Of a DNA stretch of 64,000 bases, positions 20,347 through 32,598 are shown in pieces. The first letter of the stretch is position 1. Each line of letters starts with the position of its first letter. The position numbers were made by a program, and so were the translations under genes. The notes beneath the pieces are model-generated. The model was given only the letters and a program-made list of their open reading frames with translations, ran no database searches and was not told the DNA's origin. Source of the DNA: Bigelowiella natans CCMP2755 (Eukaryota; Protista; Cercozoa); NCBI GenBank assembly GCA_000320545.1, contig ADNK01000619.1:1-64000 (forward strand), given 5' to 3'.

Positions 20347-22776
20347 ATGAGACATCCGAATCACATCTTCCTTCTGGGAATAATCGGCTCGGCGATCGGA
20401 TGGTCCTCGCGCAACCTTTCGACCCTTTCTTCCCAAGCCATTTGTCCACCATACGAAGACATCCATGACCTCCGTAGCATTGAATGCCCTAGAGCCGCAG
20501 ACGGGAAACTCTGGTGGACTATTGTCTCGAATCGAACATCGATAAGGATGAGCGCATGCCCAGGCGTTAGCGAAGCAATGATGAACGTATCAGTCACCGA
20601 CTGCAAGGATCATACCTGCATGGTTGGAGGTAACGCTTTCAACTTCGATTTGAATTCTAGGACATGCTTTCCAAAACTGTGCCCCTCATCGTCTTCTATT
20701 CATGCTCACCTTGACCCGCAGCTCGTAATAAATAGCAGGACTGAGCGAAGAGTAGAACATGAAACTTATGTACTTATTCCATCAACACCCATTCTTGCTC
20801 TCTACGAATTGGAAAGTGACTGCCCTGCAGGCGAAACACGGGTCTATCTCGTAAGAAACGAATCTGATTGTGTTTACCGCAGTCCTTGTCCTGCAGAGGG
20901 CTCTTCAATCAAGCTGGTTCTTGGCTTGCTTCCTTTCCCAGTGTTGTACAATTCGGAGCACCGTTGTGTTCCATTAAACACATCAAGCGCATATTGGGCA
21001 AGAGGGCCTCTACATATTACACGAGGAGCTCTTTGTGCGAATGACACGAGGAGTTGTGCTACAGCCCCCGAGCAGATTCATATGAGTTTAGGATCTGAAA
21101 AGGGAAGCATGGTTATTGAATGGGCAACTCCAGGACCCGTACAACCAGTTATCAAGTACGCCAAAAGCATGAACGACTTACTACTTGGCAGTGAGGGAGA
21201 AGGGCAAGCACTGAGTGTCCCAGCACGCTCCACAACCTCATACACTGTCTGTGGGCAAGACTGCAAGGATCAATACAACGAAGCGTATTGCTCTCCTCAA
21301 CTACACTACGGGGTCATTGGAGGTCTTGATTCAGGTAAAGGGGGGCAACAGTACTACTACACGGTCGGAGACGCAAGTGGAGAATTTGGAGAGGAGAAAG
21401 GGTTTTCGGATATTAAAAGCTTTCGCACCGTACCCTCAGCAAGAGCAAGAGAGTATCCGTTGCACATTGCGATCATTGGCGACATTGGCCAAACAGTTCA
21501 TTCAGAAGCTACTTGCTACGAGCTAAGGAATGACACTAGTATTGAACTTGGCATAATTGTTGGAGATTTGAGCTATGCGGATGGATATGGTCCGAGATGG
21601 GACAGCTGGGGAAGGATGGTGGAGAAATGCTTCTCTGAGATTCCGTGGCTCGTGCTTCCAGGAAACCATGAGATAGAGTTTGAACACGACACAAAGCAAG
21701 CCTTCAAGGCCTACAGGCACCGGTTTCACATGCCCTCTTCTTCTTCTTCTTCTTCTTCTTCTTCTTCTTCTTCTTCGCAGTATGATGACGACGACATGCA
21801 GCAGCAGCACTCAGATTCCTACCGGTACAAATACGTAAGGCAGCCAACGTACCATCAGTTCGGTAACACTCAGTATGATTACGGGTCCTCGTACTATAGC
21901 GTCGATGTGGGGACCGCGCATTTTGTTTTCCTCAACACGTACACTGATTCACACATCGGCTCGAAGCAGTACCTTTGGTTGATCGGAGACCTCGATGCAG
22001 CGGCCGCAAAGCGCCGTCAAACTCGACGAGACAGTAGCGAGGCTAGAACTGCATGGATCTTCGTATTCATGCATGCACCAATCTACAATTCCAATGTAAA
22101 ACACAAGCCCTCCAGAGAAGAACCGACCGTGGAAATGAAGAATAGTATGGAGGATTTGTTCTACAAGTACCGCGTGAATGCTGTGTTTTCAGGCCATGTA
22201 CATGCCTACGAGCGGTTTCACCGAACATATAAGGGGAAGAGGGTGGATGATGCTCCATTCTATATCACCATTGGCGATGCTGGTAACCGAGAGAAACTCT
22301 ACGATCAATGGCCGTATTTGGAACCTTTCTCTGCATTTAGAAATGCCCTCTTCTACGGATCTGGAAGGCTGTCTTTGATTAACGACAGCATGGCGTTGTG
22401 GGAGTGGCAGCCAAATGCAAAGAATGGAACCTGGGATGCGTTTTGGATACAAAATCAAAATGAGGTGGAGGAGGAGGAGGAGACTCAACCGAAGGAAGAT
22501 GGGGAAAATAGTAGCGCAGTCATGGGCATAACGATTGCAGCGTCTCTGACATTTGGGTTATTTTTGATCATTATTATCGTGTCCCTCGGAATTCATAAAT
22601 ACTACAGACGAAGGCGGCAATCTTCCACTTCAACTGAGGAAGAAAATACGAAAGATGATTTAAGCTCCATGGCGCGTGAAGAAGGTGATAATGATGGCCG
22701 CAGCGTCGCCCAGATTGAGGTAATTAATGCAACGAATAGGCTTTTGAAACAATGGAATCGCACAACACACGTATAA
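20347..22776 (+). CDS. Purple acid phosphatase with signal peptide, Cys-rich N-terminal extension and C-terminal transmembrane helix (809 aa, intronless)
   Basis: All five purple acid phosphatase metal-ligand motifs are present: GDIG, GDLSYAD, GNHE, VFMH, GHVH. Also a PEQIH FN3-like N-domain and the TM segment VMGITIAASLTFGLFLIIIIVSLGI. Confidence 0.95.
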   Translation: MRHPNHIFLLGIIGSAIGWSSRNLSTLSSQAICPPYEDIHDLRSIECPRAADGKLWWTIVSNRTSIRMSACPGVSEAMMNVSVTDCKDHTCMVGGNAFNFDLNSRTCFPKLCPSSSSIHAHLDPQLVINSRTERRVEHETYVLIPSTPILALYELESDCPAGETRVYLVRNESDCVYRSPCPAEGSSIKLVLGLLPFPVLYNSEHRCVPLNTSSAYWARGPLHITRGALCANDTRSCATAPEQIHMSLGSEKGSMVIEWATPGPVQPVIKYAKSMNDLLLGSEGEGQALSVPARSTTSYTVCGQDCKDQYNEAYCSPQLHYGVIGGLDSGKGGQQYYYTVGDASGEFGEEKGFSDIKSFRTVPSARAREYPLHIAIIGDIGQTVHSEATCYELRNDTSIELGIIVGDLSYADGYGPRWDSWGRMVEKCFSEIPWLVLPGNHEIEFEHDTKQAFKAYRHRFHMPSSSSSSSSSSSSSSQYDDDDMQQQHSDSYRYKYVRQPTYHQFGNTQYDYGSSYYSVDVGTAHFVFLNTYTDSHIGSKQYLWLIGDLDAAAAKRRQTRRDSSEARTAWIFVFMHAPIYNSNVKHKPSREEPTVEMKNSMEDLFYKYRVNAVFSGHVHAYERFHRTYKGKRVDDAPFYITIGDAGNREKLYDQWPYLEPFSAFRNALFYGSGRLSLINDSMALWEWQPNAKNGTWDAFWIQNQNEVEEEEETQPKEDGENSSAVMGITIAASLTFGLFLIIIIVSLGIHKYYRRRRQSSTSTEEENTKDDLSSMAREEGDNDGRSVAQIEVINATNRLLKQWNRTTHV

Positions 22777-23028
22777 GGCAATTGCTGTTGCTTCACACTT
22801 GTTCATCACCTCATCGTCGTCGTGGTTTTGTTATCTTTAAGATGTACGAATCTGTACCCTTGGATAGTGGCATTTTTTTAGGAATTGAGGAGGTTACATT
22901 ATCCTACTCTGCTTCTCTTTGTCTCCTCCCCTCCACACTCTCTGTCCCCCTCTGTCATTTTAGTATGAGCTTAATATATGCAGCAGTATACTATGCAACA
23001 CAAAGCATGCATACATCAGCACACACAC

Positions 23029-23066
<38 letters not shown>

Positions 23067-23775
23067 TAACACACACACAAATACACACTCGCGCACGCGC
23101 ATGCACGCACGCACAATAATAATATGCTATGTGTTCTTATTATTAGGAAGAGCTTGAGGCCATTGACGCGTGACTTCTAAAGCGCTAATTAAGATTGCAA
23201 TGCTGTACGTCTCTAGGTCTGGGTAGACGTCGAAAGTAGAGCTATCATATCATAGTATGATTTAGAATTGAGCTTAGAGTTTATATATGCGCGACAACAT
23301 TAATTATTAGATTCGCCATTTTTGGGACCGAGATGCTTGGTTATAAAAGATATTCATCTGACTTCATGTGAAACTCGAAGCATAAAATTTCATAGCCATG
23401 ATACAATGAGCTGACATAACAGCTGCTCGACACTTCTCTAGTCTAGTAGTGCATACACAGCGCATCGATTACACGCTACGGACGTGCGGGCGCATACGTC
23501 ACACACACACGCACACATTACGCAGCATTGCATGTACTTGTGACACGTTGTAAATATTACCTATGAATATGGTGCCCGTGCTATGTAGATTGATGCCAAT
23601 TTATGAGATTTGCATCGTACACAATCGTATAATCGTTCTGTACATCAAGAACGTGGACATGAAACTCATGATGGAGTTCGTCGTTCATCATCGACTTTGT
23701 TTGCTTTGCTTTTTTTCCTGTCGCTCCACAACCACATATGATCGAGAAGTGCCTAAAGATTATTGCAATTAGTGG

Positions 23776-25318
23776 CTAGAAGTCATGATTTACTTGTGTT
23801 GTTATAAATATTAGCTAAGCTATTGTCTCCTGATACAATCTGATGAGGCAACACCTGGGGACTTTTCGCGAGAAAACGGTCAACAGGCCTGTATATGCAA
23901 ATCAGATATTAAAGGAAGAGAGTACTCGTTAATTTTCATCTCGAGAATTTTAGCTGCACGGTTTATCGTATGACCTTCCATTTCTCCTTATTTCAACGGT
24001 TGGCAGATTCTGAACCGCTCGAATACTTTTAGTCTGTTGGTGTAGTGTTTCAGATCGATATCTACTGTTCACAAGGATAAGTATTTTACCATCATCCCAA
24101 CGTCTGCGATGATGAAAGAAGTGTCCGGTCGTTTTGATGATAACTATACAAATTAGAAAAATGAGAATTGCTTTCCTATGACGGTGATGATATCATTGTA
24201 TAACAGAGAGTCAAATATTAGTAGGCTCATGGTTATTTGGCTGGAATCAGTAGATCTATACTTGTAATTTCGCAAGATTACCCCGAGAAAAGTCGGCAGA
24301 ATGTGTAGGCAGTGAGAGCAGAAAGGTGACGTGTACTTTATGACAACGTCTATGTTCAGACAGGGCAAAGGGCTGTTAGGTATACCACATTGATAATTAA
24401 GCAATAATTCTACCCTTATCTGGAGCTGCTGCCTCCTCTATTTCCAAAGTCTTTTTAAGGCTCCTATCTGATTGTACCATTTGTTCCCGTCAGCTTTCGA
24501 TGACATTTTCTCATTCAAAAGCGTCAACTACTACCTGTGAACGTAGCAAATACGTTTTTCCTAATTCTTTCTGTTCCAGGATTCCCTGGAATCTCCTTAC
24601 TCTTATCTCTTGTTAAGAATGGATGATTCAGGTCTCGTTGGCCAAATCCAAATCTGGTGGTAAATATTGCTGTCAAGTAACCACTCGGCAGTATATTACA
24701 CTACACCACACACACACACACACACACACAGCGCGAGAGTGAGAAGGGGAGGGGAGAGAGAAAACAACGACCTTACGAGTCTTGCATCACACTCTTCCGT
24801 TTTAGAGTGGGAATACGTTGTGAAAAAAATGACCGTCGCCACGATGGCGCTTATGAGCACAGAGCTAAACCGAAACCTGGTACAACATAATAGTACATTA
24901 TTGGTACTATTTCCCAATGATTGTTGGCTCTGCCTACTGCTGGCTCTTCCTTCTCTTAGAGCATAACTGGAACAACCTTTGCATTGTATGGAGCTCGCTG
25001 GTCATGTAGATACAGCCCCTATACATCGAATAAGTGGCCCCATACTTTCCACACAAGGCAGCGATTTCGATATTTGTGATAAGCGATTCGAATTCAGATC
25101 TAATGGCTTCTTATTCATCCCTGTCGTCTTATAAATGAATGAGATATCACTATAGCGTCAACCTAAGTAGCATGGTTATTGTCGTAATCGGAGCAAATCC
25201 TGAGTGAACGGATCGAGCGTGATTATTAAGAGCGACCGTCTCGAAGGAGAACAAAGCCTAGAATAACAATAATGATGCTACGAAGAAAGAAGAATATTCT
25301 AGAGGTTCCTCGCGTCAT
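23776..25318 (-). CDS. Thioredoxin-like protein (CSHC) with a long N-terminal targeting-like extension; exon chain uncertain
   Basis: DVVIKYTSPFCSHCLHILPTFLG (24290-24355), SKRPDTSFIIADVGM, AVQNLPTVEIRRNG (cis-Pro loop), PVDRFLAK. Hydrophobic leader MTRGTSRIFFFLRSIIIVILGFVLL at 25318. Confidence 0.55.
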
Positions 25319-25465
25319 TATTACACTAATGTGGAAGACGAGAAGATTAAGAATCAACGGGAATAATGTCTAAAAATTATAGTAATACTATTAATTAAGA
25401 TGTTTTTCCGATGGCATTCAGACTAACTTCCTTCTCTTCATCACCACCAGCCTGCCGAAACCCCG

Positions 25466-26844
25466 ATGGCGTCCTGCCAAGCGAAGGCGTCCACGCTCAG
25501 AGGCCACACCGCCCCGGTCCTCGCCCTAGCTACTGGGCCCCTAACCTCAAGAGACAAAGATTTTACGAATCCGAGGTCGCTATTGCTGAGCGGAAGTGAA
25601 GATTCTACAGTTAGGCTCTGGGACCTCAATTCGAACAAGGTGCGTGCAAGCGAACGTACGTGGTGTGTGTGTGTGTGTGTGTGTTTGTGCGTTTATTGGT
25701 CTGCCTTCCCATTGTAGCCCGTACGGTGCATGATGGGGTGCTTCGAGAAGAATCCGATCAATTCTGTGTGCTTCACGCCAGGGTCAGTAATCGCAAGACA
25801 ACCATGTTACCATCACCTTCATCTGATGCCGTACAGATGATAATATTCGACTCCTAGAATATCTTCAAATTACCATCTACCAATGACATCGTTATGAAGC
25901 AGCGAGAACTAAATTCAATCGTTACCAAATCAAACAGGAACCCCAATCTCATATTTGCAGCGGCAGGGAAAGCAGTGTATGGTTTCGATTTAAGGAAAGA
26001 GTCGGTTGTTCTGATGAAAGCTGATAAGGAATTTAAGTATAATTCTGATGATATAAATCAAATCCAAGTCAACCGAAAAGGCAAGCTTCTTGCCGCGTGC
26101 GACGACAGGTGATACACGATCCGTTTAATGACTCTTTCAGCTCATATCGCTTACTATACTACCTTTCCCCAACAATAATGTCGACTTAGTGGCGGGATCA
26201 ATATCATCGATATTGGGACTTCGGAAGGCAAGGTTGTTCGGGAACTACAAGATCAAGAGAAAAGCATTTGCATGTCAGTTCAATTTCGACCACGGTCTGC
26301 TTGGGAGCTGGCATCTGCGAGCCTCGGATTGCAGGATGCAATAGTACAATGGGATATCAGCAAAGGTAGAGCTCTTCGGAAGTACCAGAATGCCTTCGAA
26401 AAAAGCAAAAAGGATGGTGATGAGAAGCAGAAGCAGCAAGTTGTAAACCCGCCTTTTGCAAATAGCATATCTTTTTCAAGGGACGGTCACACAGTCGCAG
26501 CAGGGCTTGGAAATGGCTCTGTGGCGCTCTATAATTTTAAGTCAAAAAGAGGAGGAGAAGCAATATTAGGATCCCTTGAAGGACACTCTTCTAGCGTCTG
26601 TCAGGTCGAATTTCCAGCCTTTGGAGACACACGAGATCTGGTCTCATGTGGGAACGACCAAACAGTAGTTCTATGGAAATTACATGCAGAAAACAAAAAA
26701 GATGATAATGGTAGTCTGGGCTCAGCAAAGGCCCGAATCGCCTTACCAGAAAAACCAAACTGGATAACAACAACAAGCTTTAATAGTGCATGCATTTGTG
26801 TGGCTGACTGCAGTACTGTCATAAAAGTGATGACCATTCGATGA
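25466..26844 (+). CDS. WD40-repeat protein, WDR53-like
   Basis: LRGHTAPVLAL..LLSGSEDSTVRLWDL, DINQIQVNRKGKLLAACDD, VVNPPFANSISF, LEGHSSSVCQVEF..VSCGNDQTVVLWK. Confidence 0.88.
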
Positions 26845-27552
26845 CCTTGATAGGAAATTACACCGTTAAATTATTCATACATTGTCAAATATTGCGCGAT
26901 CTATCATTGATGAAACCCACAGCATCCGCTCTGGTGTATAATTCGGGCTCGCGATACGATGGCTGGCGATGAAGCGTTGCCACCATATAGTTGCTTTCTA
27001 GCTTTATCAAGCGATTCACTGTACTAGTGCAGTCGATGTTATTTTATTGAGTGTTGCACGCTAGCATGTCCCATTGACTGTGCCTTGCGGTGGTTGTCCA
27101 GTCATTTCACTTGGCAATTTATCATGACGCACAATGACAACATGAAATTTTAAGAAGGAAATCACTTGCCAAAAGATTTGCATTGTGTGTCGCGATGTTA
27201 GATTGAGGCTGGTAGCAAGATGAAAATGGAGTTGCATGTTTACTGACTACACATTCTAGCATTGTGCACGTGCAGATCAGTCAATTGAAAATAAGTCGAA
27301 ACATGCGCCGTATTGCACGATATTGAATATCATGAGCATCGCCAGGGTTTCATTTATCACTGCTCATTTATCTGGCGCCAGCAGGTACGACCAGGGCGTT
27401 GGTCATTGATTTATGTGCAATATGAATAACTTCAAGTTCATGTGAAGGAAGTTGCAGGATTATGTCTACTTAATCTTGGAAGGGAAAAATGCGAAAATGA
27501 AAATACGGTTTTATTTAATTCTACGTTTACAGCCCGACAATTAGATTTTTGA

Positions 27553-30500
27553 TCACATAGAAATGATTTTCTGCGAGTTTAGCTCAGTCTCATTCAGAGT
27601 TACCAATTTCACTGAATTCTTTTGTTGATCACCCGCACGGTGTACCGTAATGTTTGTTGTGTCTGCAGATGCACCCTCGTCAGTAATTCGTATGGGATTC
27701 GTTACGACGTTGAATTCCTTGAATGGCTGAAGTTCACACGTCCACAAGAATCATGACTGAATTAATATCAATTAAAGTTGAGGTTTTAAAATAAAAATGA
27801 ACCTGTGCTATGTCATCATGAGATTCGTCAAACTTATTTGCCCACCGACGAAATAACCAGTTTGAAATCGTTCTTGCGATCTGGTATTATAGATATTAAA
27901 GAATCAAAATATAGACCAAAACAATGAGTCATCATTAATTTAAAAACCGCGCCAACGCCCCAGGGGAGCCAAACTAACGAAAGATCGGAATCACGTCCAC
28001 AAGCGCCACCTAGACAAACCCATCTGATTCTTTGTACAAAACAAATGATATATGTGCAAACCTGAACCAACTGCAGAAAAGATTGTTGAATATACAACAG
28101 AACCAATCTGTTTCCATAAAACAATATTCAAACTTCTGGGAAATCAATTGCAGAAGATTCTCAAATTACCGCAATAGCAATGGTAGTTATTGAGAAAAAA
28201 GCTCCTAGAATTTTCCCGACCTCATCCTTTTCGACCTATTTTCACACTATGTGTACATCATACTAAATGGAATAAAGCAAGATGTGCGTAGACCTGCCTA
28301 CTTACGAGCGAAAGAAAGGCAGGAATCCCTTAAAATTGAGCATTCTCAGGCAATTAATAATTTGTATCAAAAAAACATTCAAACCTATGATCGCTGAGAC
28401 GACAAAAGCTAGGCCAATAATAAAGAAGGCTGGAGAGATGGGCGAAAAAACCATGATAATTAAACCGATATTTGATGAATTGATTGCCATGAGAAGCACT
28501 CTACGAGCTCCAAATAGGTCGATAAGACGAGGTGCCGCAGCCTTATAAATTATCCTTTTTAAGGAGAGTTTGCGATGCAATAAAATATTCGGAGTGAGTT
28601 AGCACCTGGGTGAAGAAACCCCCCGCACCGATTCCAATAGCAACTATAACTGCTACAGTTTGTGTCCATTTATACGCTGCGATGACAAACGCCTAGAGGA
28701 ATTTCGTGTCAAAATTGCGAGGATAATAAAATTGGTTATGGGACATACAACAGAAATTGAGAGGACGGACAAGCCAATGATGCTAATGAAGACAGCCACC
28801 GCAAAATACGACAGATATGGGCTTTCTGTGATTTGGGACAAAATTGCTGATAGAATTATGAAAGATGAGAAGACGAGTCATATCATTCCTGTGTTGGTAC
28901 CATATGGTGTGGCATCACGCCAGGAAGTATTGAGGTTTGGGTCTTGATTAGACTCAGGGATTAGCATGTAGGGCAGTGGAACGGTGACTAACGATATGAT
29001 GCTGCAATCAAAAACCATAAACGTAAAGGTTACTGTATATCACAACCAAATACTTACATTTCCATTGACATTAATCAAAGGTTTAAACAAAGAAAGTTAA
29101 ATACCATAGAGATAGATAAACTCGAAAATATTCATAGTGATTCGCAGTAATAACGAATCCTGTAATGAATAGCACAGCCACTCCTTGCGTGAATATCCGA
29201 AAGATCTGTAACCAATATGAATCTTATGAAGCATGTATAAAATGATATTGAACTTAGTTACATCTATGGTGCTAAATGCGTGCGCCCTCCTGCGTATAGT
29301 GACGAATAGATCACTCAAATGCGCATTAGCTCCTATCGTAAAGGATTCGGTCGTCCCTGTCATGTGGTAGATTACTCATTGACTTATTGATGATCAGATT
29401 TAGAACTAAAAAGTTTGACCTTGCACTATATACGCTATTGTTATGAGCGGCAAAATTGATGATCCTCTCCTTCTATACGCTGCTGTTGCTGCAATGAATA
29501 TCAGTTGTCAGGAATGTAATCAGGAATGTTATCAGGAATGTTAGAAAATCAGTTTTTTAGAATTAATTTGTTCAAATTTGAAATTTATCAACGATACCCA
29601 AAAGTCCCATTGAAACTGTGATGCCTAACATCGGAAGAGTTAACCAAGTTATCGAATAGGTTGGAAATTCAATTTTTAGCAACCTATAACGCTGAGGGTC
29701 ATTGTTGCATTTCTTCCTTTGACATCAGAGAGCAGTCCGAGAAACGGGAAAATGAAGAACTTTAACTAGTATCAAATTTATATGTGTTAATATTCATAGA
29801 CATGAGTCCTAATGGAGTGCTAACCGCAGCCTCTACTCCATCTGTGATGCCTTTTAAAAATTGAGCTTCTCTTGCCACCTAGATTGAGAAGCGATTATTT
29901 CTGTACTACTTTTATATATGAACGAGGATACCAGGCATCGATCGTTGCAAAATCTAGAACCACTCCAATCGTTCTGCTCATGTAATCTCTTAGAATGTCG
30001 GTGGAATGATGTCGACAAAGGCTTACCGAGGTTCTATCGAAATCCGGTGGGGTTTCCTCCTCACAATCGATCGTGGTACGCAGGAATACAAAATATATCA
30101 AACGACTAAGAGCAAATAATTTTATCACATTAAAATTTACATCCAGGATATAATTCTAGTAACCTTGCACTGGAAACAAAGCCCTCCAGAAAAGAGGGAA
30201 TCTAGGGTTGGGTAAAATTAAATCATCTGCTCCTGTGTAATAAATTTTGGTATCACCAAAAGATGTTTCATTCCCTTAAACGCCATTGTGTAAGATAAAG
30301 GACTAAGATCCTTATTCAAAGGATCCCCCGAAGATTTTTCCCTATTAGAACAACATATTTTATCACTCATATTATTACTTTCGTACTACAGTGCCTGAGT
30401 TCTACGTATTATTACGAGCTAAGATCGTCGCTTAACACTGTCTTCATCGCAGTTTGTGAAGGATTATCCGTCGGAGAAAGCATGTGATTACTGGTGCTGT

Positions 30501-30591
30501 GTGGATTGCTGTGCTTCAATTCTCTCGCCAAAATTGATGATTTGTTGCTGGACTCCATTTCTCCAGGGTGGGACTCCTTGTGGTCGTTCAT
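27553..30591 (-). CDS. Major facilitator superfamily transporter (SLC46/TetA-like), multi-exon
   Basis: Many hydrophobic exons: GANAHLSDLFVTIRRRAHAFSTID, PYLSYFAVAVFISIIGLS, APRLIDLFGARRVLLMAI (motif A-like), KDEVGKILGAFFSITTIAIA. Confidence 0.75.
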
Positions 30592-31000
30592 GGCAGTTGG
30601 TTGCATGATCATCAGCGAACACCACAGAAACCTGGCACGAGTGGTGGCGTGTATGCAGCCGACAGGGCCAGCTGACCGTTCATAATCCCCCTGCGTTTGC
30701 AGTAGTGCGACAACAATTTGCAAGCACTAACTGACCACATGGATCCGACATATTGTTGATGAGAGAGGAAGGAAAGAGCATTCAGTAAGCCGTTCTTGCC
30801 TTGCGACAACACCAAACTTGCCTTTTTCCGGTACTATTCCTGGTGCTAGTAGGAGCTCGTGAAACTCTGATGTAGCACATCTAGTGTCTAGTGCATGCAT
30901 CAGGACAATCAGAAGAGAAAGGAAAAAAAAATTGTCATTGTTATTAGTCTAGTGTACCGCAGGCACGAGCCGATCAGCTAGCTTACTTCCTTCCTCATCA

Positions 31001-31469
31001 ATGGCAGCAGTGCGTACAAGTCTGCGGAATTGGGAGCAAAGGGACACCATTCAAACGATCAAATACAACATTCTCAAAATATCTCGTACGTAACAACTCC
31101 ATCTGATTCAATCTGTAACTTGATAACAGTGGTGTGTGTTTGTTTGCTATTTGTCCAACTTGCGGCGATTTGGTTCTCTTCGATCAAAATATTTAAGAAT
31201 TTTTAAATGGATTTGGTATTTAGATCTTGAACAAAAATTCTATGTTTTCATTCAAACTTTCACTCAGACACATCCGTCCGTTTCCGATTGTCTAAGATTG
31301 ATGCAAGATTGACTGTCCTAGAGAGACAAATGGAGTACGCCATTGATCAATATGTCTTGCTGATGTCTCATCTGGTATGTGGCATGATTGCTTGATGCAA
31401 ATTTTTAGCTTCTTGGAACAAGCTGTGGCAGAAAGAGTAGATTCCAGAGGCACTAGTCTAACCCAGTGA
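31001..31469 (+). CDS. BRK1: BRICK1/HSPC300, subunit of the WAVE/SCAR complex (76 aa, 4 exons)
   Basis: Exons 31001-31085, 31198-31215, 31268-31334 and 31409-31469 (all GT-AG, phase-consistent) give MAAVRTSLRNWEQRDTIQTIKYNILKISQFLNGFDTSVRFRLSKIDARLTVLERQMDFLEQAVAERVDSRGTSLTQ*. This aligns with the BRK1 pattern W..RE.I..I...I.KI..FLN.FD.S.R.RL...L..LER..EY.EA.V. Confidence 0.9.
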
Positions 31470-32104
31470 CCAGATAGCACGTTGCGATACGAATATGTGA
31501 TGTACATTGATTACATTGTGAGTTACAGACGTTCCACCGGAGCATCATGGCATGCATGTTGCGATTGGTGTGCTCAGCTCCATGCAAGTGATCTGACCAT
31601 GCACAGTCTAGACAGTCAAAAGTTGCAATTGGCGTGCACTGGCGCACATTTGCACTGCTAGCCAGCTAGCTAGCTAGCTCAACAGCTCTAGAGCTCTAGA
31701 GCTCAGAGCAGGGCTAGCTAGCTAGAGGAGTGACTCAAAATTTTGCATTTGGCCTCTTTGCTTGCCACTCGCATTATGATGCGTTGTGTTTGCTGTGGGC
31801 TAATGAATTGAATTCATTCTGCACACAAAATGGTCAGCAATTTTGCACATCTAGTCAACGACTTGATCATCATTGGTGAACATTTCCAGATTTGCACGTG
31901 AGCTACTACTCAAGTGCCATCCTCCAGAGATTCACTGCTACTTGCACATCACGCCATGCATCACACAACACTAGCACTTGTTGGCAACCGCATCAAAAAA
32001 TTGGTGGTGCATTCTGCATTCGATTCTGGTTCCAAAGTTCTTAGATGAGGTCGATCGAGCATCTAAGAGCTCTCACAGTACGAAGGTTCTGTTGAATATT
32101 TTGT

Positions 32105-32558
32105 TTAGTATATCTGCTTCTTGGAGCGATGACTAGATTTTCTTCGCCTTGCAGGTCGCGTCACACCCTCTATTTCGTCTACCCCTCTCAAGCTATGAAG
32201 AACATCTGGTAATCTGTCTTCTGATATGATTGATTTGTTGAGAAGGTTATCGAAGGCGTTAATGTCTCCAGGTTCTCCTAAGATTCCATCTCCTAAGCCG
32301 GCGGCCCTCCTAGCGATGCTATCACCGTTTTCAGAAGCCTTTGTGGGTCCGTACTCTTCAGTTGGCAGAAGCTGTTTTTCTTGCGTATCACTGTAGCAAA
32401 ATGAACGAAGTTAGTCATGAAAGATAGATACACCCGCACGCACGCACACGCAAGTATATTAAAATCAATAGATATATAATGTAAATATTCTTAACATACA
32501 AGTGAGTGTGAATTTAAATATGAATGTGAAGGTGTGTTTGTATGTGTGTGTGTGGTGT

Positions 32559-32598
<40 letters not shown>

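Noticed and set aside
29509-29543. CAGGAATGT(A/T)AT x3 tandem repeat; also TGGTTACCCCG x2 at about 16736-16767
   Set aside because: Short local intronic duplications without spacers; not a CRISPR array or telomeric repeat.
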